The notes beneath the pieces were generated by a model that ran no database searches, had not been told where the DNA came from, and saw only the letters and a list, made by a program, of their open reading frames with translations. From Solirubrobacteraceae bacterium (lineage in GTDB: Bacteria > Actinomycetota > Thermoleophilia > Solirubrobacterales > Solirubrobacteraceae), in contig DATFZM010000010.1 of the NCBI GenBank assembly GCA_035314465.1, positions 16,181-80,180 on the forward strand: DNA of 64,000 nucleotides, read 5' to 3'. Below, one piece after another: positions 37,056 through 46,814 of this stretch (the first letter of the stretch is position 1; each line of letters opens with the position of its first letter). A program made the position numbers and the translations under genes.

Positions 37056-38171
37056 TTAGCTGACTACTCCGACCGTGCTGGTCGTGCCCTCGTAACGGGA
37101 CTTCGTCAGATACGGCGCCACCGTTTCTTTGTTGATGAATTTCAGGCCCGTGTCGGCTTCGAACAGCCCTGTCTGAGTCCCCGACACCTTGTAGAGGAAC
37201 AACTGCAGGATCGGCAGGAATCCCTGCAGGTAGGGCTGCTGGTCGATCGTGAATTCGATGTAGCCTTCTTTGAGCAGCTTCTGCGTCTGTTCGGTGAGAT
37301 CGAAGCCCCCGGCCTTGATGCCTTTTGCGGGCAGGCCGAACTTCTGCATCACTTTGGCGAGGCTTTCCGTGTCACCGCCGTCGACGGCGTACATGCCCTT
37401 CGCTGTTTCCTTGTGGCTGACCCAATAGGCTTCGATCGCCGGGAGCTCTGCCGGCACCGCCGCGCCGGTCGCAACCGTGTGGACCGTGATCGGCTTCCCC
37501 GACGCCTTGATGGCCTTTTCCACACCTTCGAGGCGGGGCTGCAGGTTCGCCGATCCGGGCGTCGCGATGAACAGCGCCACTTCGCCAGACGGGACCGCTT
37601 CGACGATCCGCGCGCCCATCTTTTCGCCCGCCAGTTTCAGGTCCTGGCCGGTGTAGGAGAGGCGCGCGTTGCCGACCGCGTCGGCGTTATAGGCGACGAC
37701 GGGTATGCCCGCTTTGAGGGCCTTTTCGACCGGTTCATTAAACGCGTGCAGGTCGATCAGCGACACTGCGATGCCGGAGGCGCCACTGGCCACCGCGGTG
37801 TTGAGCGCGTTGACCATCTGGTTGACGTTGCTGCTTTCCGAGCCGGTCCACTCGTACGAGGTGCCGAGCAGTTTGCTGGCGTCCTGGATGCCGTACTGGG
37901 TCGGCGTGAAGAAGGGGTTGGTGGTGACGTGGTTTACGAACACGAATTTGTATTCGGGGTGCGAGCCGAAGACGCTCGCGGAGCCGCTGCTCGTCGAGGC
38001 ACTGCTCCCGCAGGCCGCGAGGATCGTGCTGACGGAGCCCGCCGCGACACCTGTGAGCGCGGTGCGGCGTAGGAACGTTCGTCGGTCGAAGCCGGGGCGC
38101 GCCTCGTCGGTCCGTTGGTCCAGGTAGTCCAGACGCTCCAATGCTTCTTGGCCCTGGTCGGTGTCTGACAT
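37056..38171 (-). CDS. Sugar ABC transporter substrate-binding lipoprotein (Tat signal)
   Basis: 'DRRTFLRR' twin-Arg motif, 'LAAC' lipobox, 'NPFF', 'TIDQQPYLQG'. Confidence 0.9.
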   Translation of the reverse strand: MSDTDQGQEALERLDYLDQRTDEARPGFDRRTFLRRTALTGVAAGSVSTILAACGSSASTSSGSASVFGSHPEYKFVFVNHVTTNPFFTPTQYGIQDASKLLGTSYEWTGSESSNVNQMVNALNTAVASGASGIAVSLIDLHAFNEPVEKALKAGIPVVAYNADAVGNARLSYTGQDLKLAGEKMGARIVEAVPSGEVALFIATPGSANLQPRLEGVEKAIKASGKPITVHTVATGAAVPAELPAIEAYWVSHKETAKGMYAVDGGDTESLAKVMQKFGLPAKGIKAGGFDLTEQTQKLLKEGYIEFTIDQQPYLQGFLPILQLFLYKVSGTQTGLFEADTGLKFINKETVAPYLTKSRYEGTTSTVGVVS

Positions 38172-38370
38172 CGGTCCTCCTTCGTCCGGCTGCTTACGGG
38201 TGCGGAGTCTCTAGCGACAACAGACACTACCTTCTCGCCTCACGGCATCGCAGTCAAGCGTCGACACCGCGGAAATACCGCAGAGCCTGCCGCGGCAAAC
38301 CCGCAGGTTCCCGCCCAGGCTCGATCCTGAACGCGCCCTCGGGCTCGGGCGACGGGCGTATACGCTCGTC

Positions 38371-38643
38371 GTGATGATCCCAGCGCGCGAACCCCAGCCC
38401 GAGGCCGCCGGCGCCCGGGCGCAGGGGTGCGCCGATGACGCCTGCGGGCACCTAGGCGAGGCGCTGCCGCAAGCCGGGCCGGGGGCGCAGGCCGAGCCGG
38501 CGAGCCGGGTCGAGCGGGCGAGCCAGGTCGAGAGCTACCGGCCGCTGACGATCGAGCGCTATCGCAAAGACGACGGACGTGCCCTGATCCTGTTCGTGGG
38601 CACGGAGCCCGATCACGGCCCAGGCGCCGAGGCGGCGCGGTGA
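38371..38643 (+). CDS. Small hypothetical protein coupled to galT
   Basis: 'LTIERYRKDDGRALILF'; GTGA overlap with galT. Start uncertain. Confidence 0.5.
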   Translation: MMIPAREPQPEAAGARAQGCADDACGHLGEALPQAGPGAQAEPASRVERASQVESYRPLTIERYRKDDGRALILFVGTEPDHGPGAEAAR

Positions 38644-39635
38644 CCGAGCTGCGCTTCAACGAGCTGCGCGGCGAGTGGGTCGACTACGCGATCCACCGCC
38701 AGGAGCGCACCTACCTTCCCGCTCGCGACCACTGCCCGCTGTGCCCCACGCGCCCGGGTGGGCCTCCCACCGAGATTCCCTTCCCGAGCTTTCAGATCGC
38801 GGTCTTCGACAACCGCTTTCCCGCCTTCGAACCTCCCCACGGCGCGGCCGAGGTGGTCGTCTACACCGACGACCACGACGCCTCGTTCGCCACCCTGCCT
38901 GCCTCGCGCGCGGAGGCGCTGATGTGGGTCTGGAGGGAGCGCTACCTCGAGCTCGGCGCGCGCGCGGACGTGGAGTACGTCTACATCTTCGAGAATCGCG
39001 GCGTGGAGGTCGGCGTCACGCTGCACCACCCGCACGGGCAGATCTACGGCTACCCGTTCCTGCCCCCCGTGCCGGCACTCGAGCTCGCCGCCGACGAGCG
39101 GCTCGGCGGCTGCGCGCCATGCGCGCTGCTGGCGAGCGAGCTCGAGGACGGACGCAGGCTCGTCTACGAGAACGAGCATGTCGTCGTATACGTCCCCTAC
39201 TCCGCGCGCTGGGCCTTCGAGGCTCATGTGGTCGTGCGCGCGCACCGCGCGAGCCTGCTCGAGTTCAGCGCCGAGGAGCTGCGCAGCCTCGCGGCCGCGT
39301 TGCAGGCGCTGACGCGCGGCTATGACGCGCTCTTCGACCGTCCGTTCCCCTATGTCATGGCTGTGCATCAGGCGCCTACGCCGGCGCCGGGCGATGCCGC
39401 CGCCCGCGCGCAGTCCGCTTCACGTTTCGCGGACAGCGAGCGGTCGCGCGCCGGCAGGGCGCCAGGGCACGCCCCCGGCGGCCATGTCCACGTCGAGCTC
39501 TATCCGCCTCTGCGCAGCGCCGACAAGCTCAAGTTCCTCGCGGGCTCAGAGCAGGGCGCGGGGACGTTCATCTCGGACACGCTCCCGGAGGAGTCAGCCG
39601 CGAAGCTGCGCGAGGCGATCGCCGGTGCCGCCTGA
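38640..39635 (+). CDS. galT: Galactose-1-phosphate uridylyltransferase
   Basis: 'CPLCP', 'FDNRFP', 'FENRG..HHPHGQ', 'KFLAGSE'. Confidence 0.93.
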   Translation: MTELRFNELRGEWVDYAIHRQERTYLPARDHCPLCPTRPGGPPTEIPFPSFQIAVFDNRFPAFEPPHGAAEVVVYTDDHDASFATLPASRAEALMWVWRERYLELGARADVEYVYIFENRGVEVGVTLHHPHGQIYGYPFLPPVPALELAADERLGGCAPCALLASELEDGRRLVYENEHVVVYVPYSARWAFEAHVVVRAHRASLLEFSAEELRSLAAALQALTRGYDALFDRPFPYVMAVHQAPTPAPGDAAARAQSASRFADSERSRAGRAPGHAPGGHVHVELYPPLRSADKLKFLAGSEQGAGTFISDTLPEESAAKLREAIAGAA

Positions 39636-40668
39636 GCGCGCGAGCGCGTTTGCCCCTGGCCGCGTCAACCTGATCGGTGAGCACACCGACTACAACCTCG
39701 GTCTGGCGCTCCCCTTCGCGATCGCCGACGGGATCATCGTGCACGCCGAGCGGCTCGATTCGGGTGCATGTATCGAGGTGCTGGCGCCCGACCTCGGCGA
39801 ACGCGACGAGTTCGCGGTCGCCCGGCCCGAGCGCGTCGCCGGCTGGCGAGCGTTCGCCCGCGGGATCGTGAGCGAGCTCGATCAGGCCGGCATCGAGCCG
39901 CCTGCTGCGCTACTGCGCATCAGCGGCGGGGTGCAGAGGGGCGCGGGCCTTTCCTCCTCGGCCGCGCTGGAGGTCGCGCTCTGTCTGGCGCTGCTCGGCC
40001 TTGCGCGCGGCGAAGAGGTGCTCGACCGGCGCGAGATCGCGCGCCTGTGCTCGCGCGCGGAGAACGTGTGGGTCGGAGCCCATACGGGCCTGCTTGACCA
40101 GCTCGCATCGCTCTTCGGTGCGGCCGAGACCGCGCTGAGCATCGACTTCCGCACGCTGGAGATCGATCCCGTGCCGCTGCGTCTGGGGAAGTGGCGCCTC
40201 GCGACGCTCGACTCGGGCGAGCGCCACGTGCACGCCAGCTCCGGCTACAACGAGCGGCGCGCCGAGTGCACGCGAGCCTGCGAGCTGCTCGGCGTGGACT
40301 CGCTTCGCGACGCGAGCTACTCCGCGGTCGAGGACCTGCCGGAACCGCTGCGCCGACGCGCGCGCCACGTGCTCGGCGAGAACGCGCGCGTGCGCGAGGC
40401 GGTCGCAGCCCTGTACGCCGACGATCTGGTCGAGCTGGCGCGGCTGCTGAGCGCCTCGCACGCGAGCCTGCGGGACCTCTACGAGGTCAGCACGCCCGCC
40501 GTGGAGGCCGCGCGTGCGCGGTTGCTGGCGGCAGGCGCCGCAGGAGGGCGGCTGATCGGCGGCGGATTCGGCGGCAGCGTCCTCGGCCTCTTCCCTCCCG
40601 GCAGCGATCCGCCGCCGGAGGCGAAGTGCGTATGGCCGGGGGCGGGCGCGCGCATGTTCTTCGACTAG
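39625..40668 (+). CDS. galK: Galactokinase
   Basis: 'APGRVNLIGEHTDYN', 'GAGLSSSAALE', 'GGGFGG'. Confidence 0.93.
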   Translation: MPPERASAFAPGRVNLIGEHTDYNLGLALPFAIADGIIVHAERLDSGACIEVLAPDLGERDEFAVARPERVAGWRAFARGIVSELDQAGIEPPAALLRISGGVQRGAGLSSSAALEVALCLALLGLARGEEVLDRREIARLCSRAENVWVGAHTGLLDQLASLFGAAETALSIDFRTLEIDPVPLRLGKWRLATLDSGERHVHASSGYNERRAECTRACELLGVDSLRDASYSAVEDLPEPLRRRARHVLGENARVREAVAALYADDLVELARLLSASHASLRDLYEVSTPAVEAARARLLAAGAAGGRLIGGGFGGSVLGLFPPGSDPPPEAKCVWPGAGARMFFD

Positions 40669-40726
40669 GCGCCGCGCACGCAGCGGCCGCGTGGGGCGCA
40701 ACCGGCGGAGGTCCGCGGAGGTCCGT

Positions 40727-41458
40727 TCACAGACGCGCCACGAGCGCCGCACACGCGATCACCACGATCGCGGCCGAGAGCGCCGCGAGGGCGCCGTCGA
40801 GCGGCGCGAGCAGCCCCGTCAGGGTGAGCTGTTCGGTGCTGCCGTCCGAGCGCTCGCGCTCACCGCGCAGGGAGCGCGTGCGTCTTCGCAGCTCGCGCGC
40901 CGGCGAGCTCAGGCGGCGCTGGGCGACGCTGAGGCCGAGCGCGCCCGCCGCGATCAGGACACCCGGCAGCGCGATCCTCTCGGCGTTCACGAAGTAGCCG
41001 GTAAAGGCCGGGAAGGCGCCCCAGCCGAGCGCAAACCAGAAGTCCCCGTGCAGGCGACCGCCGATCAGCTCGAGGTTGTATGCCGGTAGGAACAGCCCGC
41101 CGACGAGCACCAGCGGCGCCAACCACGGCGTCACCGTGAGCACGCCCGCGACGCCGATCGCCAGGGCGCCGAGCAGCGAGGCCGCCGCGAGGACCTCCAG
41201 TGCGCGGTCTCCGAGCGCCGTCCCCAGCGGACGGTCGTGGAGCTCGTCGAGCGCGTGCGCCGCGACGCCGACCGCGAGCGCGAACGCCACCAGGCCCCAG
41301 ATCAGGCGATCGACGTACACGTGCGGCGCAACGGCCGCCCCGAGCGCGAAATAGCTGAGGTGCCAGGCCGTATATGGAGGATGCAGCAGCGTCACGAAGT
41401 CGCCGAGGCGCCCGGAGCCGAGCGAGTAGAACGCGGGGCGGTCAGGTGTCGCTCGCAC
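40727..41458 (-). CDS. Polytopic membrane protein, divergent UbiA-prenyltransferase-like
   Basis: About seven TMs; 'LLHPPYTAWHLSY', 'AHALDELHDRP', 'AYNLE', 'WGAFP'. Family assignment is inference. Confidence 0.55.
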   Translation of the reverse strand: MRATPDRPAFYSLGSGRLGDFVTLLHPPYTAWHLSYFALGAAVAPHVYVDRLIWGLVAFALAVGVAAHALDELHDRPLGTALGDRALEVLAAASLLGALAIGVAGVLTVTPWLAPLVLVGGLFLPAYNLELIGGRLHGDFWFALGWGAFPAFTGYFVNAERIALPGVLIAAGALGLSVAQRRLSSPARELRRRTRSLRGERERSDGSTEQLTLTGLLAPLDGALAALSAAIVVIACAALVARL

Positions 41459-41460
41459 GT

Positions 41461-42264
41461 CTACGCTCCGGCGGTCTCGCGCGAGGTCGCCGGCCGGCCG
41501 GCGGCGCGATCCTTCGACGCCGACAGAACGACCCCCCCGCCGAGGCTCATCCTGCGCACGCACACCGAGCGCAAGGCCGCCGAGCGCCACTGCTCGACGA
41601 TCGCCTCCAACGGGTAGGCGTCGTAGTAGGCGCGGATGCTCGGCCCGAGGAAGCGGCCCACCGCCCCCCACTCGCGCGAGACCGCCCGGCCGAGCAGCGG
41701 CAGGCCGACGGCCGTGTAGAGCTCCCATGCGGCCCGCGCGGGGGCCCAGGGCGGCACCCCGAACTCGAGCGAGGCGACGCGTCCGCCCGGGCGCACGACG
41801 CGCGCGAGCTCGGCGAGGGTCGCCCCCGGGTCCTCCACGTAGCGCAGCAGGTACGTGAACGTGAGCACGTCGAACGTCCCGTCGGCGAAGGGCAGCATCT
41901 CGGCCTGGCCCTCGATCAACTCGACGCGCGCCGGCGAGAGCCCGGCAAAGCGCTCACGCGCCGCGGCCAGCATCTGGGGGCTCTGGTCCAGCGCGAGCAC
42001 CGAACAGTCCGCGCGGGAGAGCAGCTCGGCCGTCACCAGCCCGGTCCCGCAGGCGACGTCGAGCACGCGCTCACCGTCGCGCGGCGCGGCGGCGTCGACC
42101 AACGCTCGACGCCAGCGCGGGTCCTGCCAGAAGCTGAGCGCGGCGGAGAGCGAGTCGTAGTGACGGGGGAGCCCGTGGAACAGCTCGAGCGCCTGCCGCT
42201 TGCGCGCCGACGGCTGGTCGGTGAAAGCGACACCGTCGGCGCCGCTGGGTGCGGGACAGCTCAT
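41461..42264 (-). CDS. UbiE/MenG-like class I methyltransferase
   Basis: 'LF..LPRHYD..LSFWQDPRWRR', 'VLDVACGTG', 'LPFADGTFD', 'RVVRPGG..LEF'. Confidence 0.85.
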   Translation of the reverse strand: MSCPAPSGADGVAFTDQPSARKRQALELFHGLPRHYDSLSAALSFWQDPRWRRALVDAAAPRDGERVLDVACGTGLVTAELLSRADCSVLALDQSPQMLAAARERFAGLSPARVELIEGQAEMLPFADGTFDVLTFTYLLRYVEDPGATLAELARVVRPGGRVASLEFGVPPWAPARAAWELYTAVGLPLLGRAVSREWGAVGRFLGPSIRAYYDAYPLEAIVEQWRSAALRSVCVRRMSLGGGVVLSASKDRAAGRPATSRETAGA

Positions 42265-42324
42265 TTTCTCGCCGATCTGACAGGCTAACCCGAACGACCC
42301 CGAAGCAGGCGCACCGAGGAACGG

Positions 42325-43185
42325 ATGCCAGCAGACACTCCACCGACAGGCCGGTCGCGCGTGATGGTCATCACCGGAGCCTCGAGCGGGATCGGCGAGG
42401 CGTGCGCACGTCGACTCGCCCGCGAGGCCGGCGCCCGGCTCGTGCTGATCGGCCGTCGCGAGGAGCGACTGCGCGCCCTCGCGAGATCGATCGGGGAGGA
42501 GCGCAGCGACGTGCTCGCGCTCGACCTGCTGGAGGACGAGGCGCCGGCGCGGGTGCGCGAGCACCTGCTCGAGCGTCACGGGCGCCTGGACCTGCTCGTC
42601 AACAACGCCGGCGCCGCCTGGCGCGCCCGCTTCGCCGAGGGCGGTTACGCGAACGTGCGACGCACGATGGAGATCAACTTCGACGCCCAGGTGCGTCTCA
42701 CCGAGGCGCTGCTGCCGCTGCTGCGCGCGAGCGCACCGAGCGCGATCGTCAACGTCGCCTCCACCGCGGGGCGGGTTGCGCGCGCGGGCACCGGCGCCTA
42801 CAGCGCCTCGAAGTTTGCGCTCGCCGGCTGGTCGGACGCGCTGTGGGCCGAGGAGCGCGCGAGCGGCGTGCACGTCGGGCTCGTGCTGCCCGGCTTCGTC
42901 TCCACCGAGGGCTTCCCCCAGGCCGAGCTCACGGCGAACCCCTGGACGCGCTGGATCGTCTCGACGCCCGAGCGGGCCGCCGAGGCGATCTACGACGCCG
43001 GCATCGGACGCCGACCGGAGCGCTACGTGCCGCGGCCCTACGCGCTGGCCGCGGCCATGCGCGTGCTGGTCCCCGGGCTCGTGCGGCGTGTGCTCGGCGG
43101 CGGCGCGGCGGCCGTGATGACCACGACTACCGGCGCCGACATGACCGAGCATCGCAACGGCGGCAGCGCGCCGGCTGCTCGGTGA
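42325..43185 (+). CDS. Short-chain dehydrogenase/reductase
   Basis: 'TGASSGIG', 'NNAG', 'YSASK'. Confidence 0.92.
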   Translation: MPADTPPTGRSRVMVITGASSGIGEACARRLAREAGARLVLIGRREERLRALARSIGEERSDVLALDLLEDEAPARVREHLLERHGRLDLLVNNAGAAWRARFAEGGYANVRRTMEINFDAQVRLTEALLPLLRASAPSAIVNVASTAGRVARAGTGAYSASKFALAGWSDALWAEERASGVHVGLVLPGFVSTEGFPQAELTANPWTRWIVSTPERAAEAIYDAGIGRRPERYVPRPYALAAAMRVLVPGLVRRVLGGGAAAVMTTTTGADMTEHRNGGSAPAAR

Positions 43186-43225
43186 CGGGACGCCGGGAAG
43201 GCTTCGTCTCGCGCGTTCGGCCGGC

Positions 43226-44005
43226 TCAGGCGTCGAAGTCGCCCGCGAAGAGCGCGAATACGGCTCCCTGCGGGTCGGCGGCCACGGCGATCCGGCCGAC
43301 GGCGATCTCGCGAGGGGCGTCGATTGCCCTGCCGCCGAGCTCTGCCAGCCTTCCGAGCGCCTGCTCGACGTCCTGCGCACCGAAGTACACGAGCCAGCCA
43401 GGCGGGGCGCCGGCTGCGGGGAGCGTGTGGATCCCACCCGCGTTCGCGTCGCCGTTGCGGATCGAGAGGTAGGGCGAATCAGCGCCCTCGAACGGCTCCG
43501 TGCGCCACCCGAAGAGGCCGCCGTAGAAGGACGACGAGCCCGCCGGGTCGGGTGAGGCGAGCTCGTTCCAGGTGGGAGCGCCGGGCGCGTTTACGACCTC
43601 CGCGCCGAAGTGCTCGCGTGGCTCCCAGATCTCGAAGTACGCGCCCTGGGGGTCCTGGATCACGGCCATTCTGCCCGCCTGCAGCACGTCAAACGGAGCC
43701 GCGTGCACGGTCGCCCCCAGCTCCGCTGCCCTGTCCGCCGCCGCGTCCGCGCTCTCCACGGAGACGTAGGAGTTCCACATCGGCGGCACGCCCGCGTCGC
43801 GCTGCTGGCCGGGCTGCTCGGTGATCGCTGCGACGTTGCGCCCCCGCAGCTGCATCATCGAGTAGACCGCGCCGTCGCCCACCGGCCGGTCATCGGCCTC
43901 CCATCCGAACAGGTCGCGGTAGAAGTCCTTCGCGGCCGCCTGATCGGAGGTGGTCAGTTCTACCCAGCAGAAGGTCCCCGGCGGATAGCCCGTGCGCTCG
44001 CCCAC
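43226..44005 (-). CDS. Two-domain VOC/glyoxalase family protein
   Basis: 'PGTFCWVELTT', 'FYRDLFGW', and 'DPQGA' twice. Confidence 0.9.
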   Translation of the reverse strand: MGERTGYPPGTFCWVELTTSDQAAAKDFYRDLFGWEADDRPVGDGAVYSMMQLRGRNVAAITEQPGQQRDAGVPPMWNSYVSVESADAAADRAAELGATVHAAPFDVLQAGRMAVIQDPQGAYFEIWEPREHFGAEVVNAPGAPTWNELASPDPAGSSSFYGGLFGWRTEPFEGADSPYLSIRNGDANAGGIHTLPAAGAPPGWLVYFGAQDVEQALGRLAELGGRAIDAPREIAVGRIAVAADPQGAVFALFAGDFDA

Positions 44006-44061
44006 GCGGCGACGGTAGCGCATCACCTGCCCGCCCGCGCGCTGCCCGCTAGATTCGAACG

Positions 44062-44298
44062 GTGGCCTTCGAGGTGAGCATTCGAGAGGAGACGATCCGG
44101 CTCGGACAGCTGCTCAAGCTCGCCGGCCTGGCCTCGAGCGGGAGCGAGGCCAAGGCCATGCTCGCTCGCGAGCCGGCATGGGTGAACGGCGTGCGCGACT
44201 CGCGCCGCGGCCGCCAGCTACGCCCCGGGGACGAGGTTCGGATCGGCGAACACGAGCTGCTCGTCCGGTCGGAGCCTCGCACGGCCGCGCGACCCTAG
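44062..44298 (+). CDS. S4-domain RNA-binding protein (YaaA/YbcJ-like)
   Basis: 'IRLGQLLKLAGLASSGSEAK..VNG..RRGRQL..GD'. Confidence 0.88.
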   Translation: MAFEVSIREETIRLGQLLKLAGLASSGSEAKAMLAREPAWVNGVRDSRRGRQLRPGDEVRIGEHELLVRSEPRTAARP

Positions 44299-44999
44299 TC
44301 CAGCCGAGCGACGACCGCGGGCTGGCGCGTGGGCGCCTCACTGCCGCCTAGGGGCTCGGAGGTGACCATCACCACCTTCACTCCGGCGACGCTCCCGGGC
44401 ACGCCGACGTTCGCGCGACCGCCGGACCCCACCGTGAAAAGCGCATCGGTCGGCTGCGGAGCGCCGGCACGTTTGATCCATAGCTCGTAGACGCGGCCCG
44501 GACTGGGCTGTGGCATGCCGAGGAGCGTCAGTTCGGCGTGGGCACCGCTGATCCGCACGAAGCCCTTCGCCCCCGGCGCGAGCACCTGGGCGCGGATCAC
44601 GCGCGGGGAGCTACGGCCGCCGCCGAGCACGATCGCGAGCGCGACCGCCAGCAGCGCAACGCCCGCGGCGAGGGGCGCCAGCAGCGGCCTCCAGCGAAAC
44701 GTGGATCGGCGTCGCTCGCGCGCTCCGGAGGCCGCCGCGAGCCGTCTGGCCTCTGCGTTGACGTCGGCCATCACGCGGCTCTTGAGCGCCGGGGAAGCGG
44801 GACGGGCGGGCACCGCGACTGGCAGCGCGGCGGCGATCGCCGACAGCGCGGCGACCTCCTCGCGACAGATGGCGCACGTGCGCAGGTGCTCCACGAAGGC
44901 CTCGTGCTCGGCGTCTGTGAGGGCTCCAAGCACATACGGCGCGGCGTCGTCCGGGCAGAGGCCGTGGGTCGGATCCATGTGTGAGCTGTCCTCGTTCAT
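44295..44999 (-). CDS. Anti-sigma factor (zinc-finger + TM + RskA-like domain)
   Basis: 'YVLGAL..HLRTCAIC', TM, 'YELW', 'VTSEPLGGS..PT'. Confidence 0.85.
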   Translation of the reverse strand: MNEDSSHMDPTHGLCPDDAAPYVLGALTDAEHEAFVEHLRTCAICREEVAALSAIAAALPVAVPARPASPALKSRVMADVNAEARRLAAASGARERRRSTFRWRPLLAPLAAGVALLAVALAIVLGGGRSSPRVIRAQVLAPGAKGFVRISGAHAELTLLGMPQPSPGRVYELWIKRAGAPQPTDALFTVGSGGRANVGVPGSVAGVKVVMVTSEPLGGSEAPTRQPAVVARLD

Positions 45000-45607
45000 T
45001 GGACCACCTCCGCGGGGTCGCCGAGCGCCATCCTCATCTTCGCCAGGCCGAGGCGCATTCGGCCCTTGATCGTGCCCACCGGCGTGTCGAGCATGGAGGC
45101 GATCTGGACGTGCGTGAGGCCCCCGAAGTAGGCGAGCTCGATGACGCGGCTCTGCTCGTCCGGCAGCTGGTCGAGCGCGTCGCGAATCTCATGCGCCTCA
45201 TCGCGCCGCGCAGCCTCGACGTCCGTCAGCTCGGGCGCGGCCAGGCGCTCCTCGATCCCCTCGTCGCTCACGCGTCCGCGCTCGCGTACCGCCCGCCGGC
45301 GCAATGCGTCGATCCCCCGGTTGTGGACGATGCCGAGGGCCCAGGTACGAACGCTGCCGCGGTTGCGGTCGTATCGCGCGCCGCTGCGCCAGAGCGCTAG
45401 AAACGACTCCTGAACGACATCCTCGGCGAGCGCGCGCTGGCCGCACATGCGGTAGGCGAGCGAGAACGCGGCGTCGGCGTGACGGTCGTAGATGACCTCG
45501 AACGCGTCGGCGTGTCCACGCCGCACGAGCTGCATCAGGTCCTCGTCGGCGAGGTCGCGCAGGCCGCCGCCCGGACTCGCGTTCGCTGGGCGAAGAGGAT
45601 TTAGCAT
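44996..45607 (-). CDS. ECF RNA polymerase sigma factor (SigK-like)
   Basis: 'AEDVVQESFLALWR', 'LAYFGGLTH..IA..PVGTIKGRMRLGL'; ATGA overlap with the anti-sigma gene. Confidence 0.9.
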   Translation of the reverse strand: MLNPLRPANASPGGGLRDLADEDLMQLVRRGHADAFEVIYDRHADAAFSLAYRMCGQRALAEDVVQESFLALWRSGARYDRNRGSVRTWALGIVHNRGIDALRRRAVRERGRVSDEGIEERLAAPELTDVEAARRDEAHEIRDALDQLPDEQSRVIELAYFGGLTHVQIASMLDTPVGTIKGRMRLGLAKMRMALGDPAEVVQ

Positions 45608-45670
45608 CGCGGCCATTCTTACGCCGCGGCGGGACCCGCGGATCACACCGCGCTCGCGGCCCGGCTGTGG

Positions 45671-46720
45671 CTACGCCCCGACGTCGACCGTGGCGAGCTC
45701 GAGCTCGAACGCCGCCGCGAGCAGCTCGTAGGAGCGCCGGCGGTCCTCGTGCGAGTAAGTGATGTTGACCGCGATCACCTCGTCGGCACCGTACTCGGCG
45801 ACGACCTCCTCGATCTGGGTTCGGACGCTCGCGGGCGCGCCGACGACGGTGCGCCTGCGCGGCGAGGTCCCGTCCCGGCGCGGATGGTCGGCGGCGAGAA
45901 AGCGCTCGGCCTCTTGCGGCGAGGGCACGGCGATCAGCTGTCCGCGGCGCAGGAGCGTGAACGCCATGCGCCCGCTGGCCGCGATCCGGCGGGCCTGCTC
46001 GTCGGTCTCAGCGCAGATCACCCACACCGCGACCGCCGTATAGGGATCTCGATCGGGATGGCCGTGAGCGACAAAGCGCTCGCGATAGCTCGCTGCGATC
46101 TCGGCACCCTGGGGGTTGATGAAGTCGGCGAACGCGTAGGGAAGTCCGAGCTCGCCTGCCCACGCCGCGCTCTGCGGGGAGGACCCGAGCAGCCAGGGCT
46201 CGGGTCGCTGGGGCCGTCCGGGAAGCGCGTCCGCGAGGTGCGCGAACGGATGCTCGTCGGGAAGCCGCCCCTCCAGATAGGCCAGCAGCTCGGCGAGCTG
46301 AGCGGGGAAGTCGTCGGGCGCCGGTCGCGTGCGATCGCGCTGAAGCGCGAAGGCGGTAAGGGGGTCGGTGCCGGCGGCCCGTCCCAACGCGAGGTCGATC
46401 CGGCCGGGAAACAGGCCGGCGAGCAGGCTGAACGTCTCGGCGACCTTGAACGGGCTGTAGTGGGGGAGCATCACGCCGCCGCTCCCGACCCTGATCCGCT
46501 CGGTCGCCGCCGCGATCGGTCCGATCAGGGCCTCGGGGCTCGGCCCGGCGAGCATCGGCCCGCCGTGGTGCTCGGCGACCCAGTAGCGGTGATAGCCGAG
46601 GCGGTCCGCTAGCTGCGCCAGGTCGATCGTGTTGCGCAGCGCCTGCGAGCCGCTCGAGCCTTCGGCGACCGGGGACTGGTCGAGCACCGAGAGTCGCAGT
46701 CTGCTCGCGTCCGGGCCCAC
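45671..46720 (-). CDS. LLM-class flavin-dependent oxidoreductase
   Basis: 'LSVLDQSP', 'RYWVAEHH', 'GSGGVMLPHYSP', 'WLLGSS'. Confidence 0.9.
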   Translation of the reverse strand: MGPDASRLRLSVLDQSPVAEGSSGSQALRNTIDLAQLADRLGYHRYWVAEHHGGPMLAGPSPEALIGPIAAATERIRVGSGGVMLPHYSPFKVAETFSLLAGLFPGRIDLALGRAAGTDPLTAFALQRDRTRPAPDDFPAQLAELLAYLEGRLPDEHPFAHLADALPGRPQRPEPWLLGSSPQSAAWAGELGLPYAFADFINPQGAEIAASYRERFVAHGHPDRDPYTAVAVWVICAETDEQARRIAASGRMAFTLLRRGQLIAVPSPQEAERFLAADHPRRDGTSPRRRTVVGAPASVRTQIEEVVAEYGADEVIAVNITYSHEDRRRSYELLAAAFELELATVDVGA

Positions 46721-46814
46721 AGGGCAAGCTTATGCAGCACCGTGCACGTCGCCCGGCGCGCACCTCGACGCTGTAGCCTTTGCTGTCACAGGAGGAGGCA
46801 GGCAGGCAGGCGCA

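Noticed and set aside
35754-38072. 772-aa plus-strand ORF
   Set aside because: Antisense to well-supported ABC transporter genes; no recognisable motifs.
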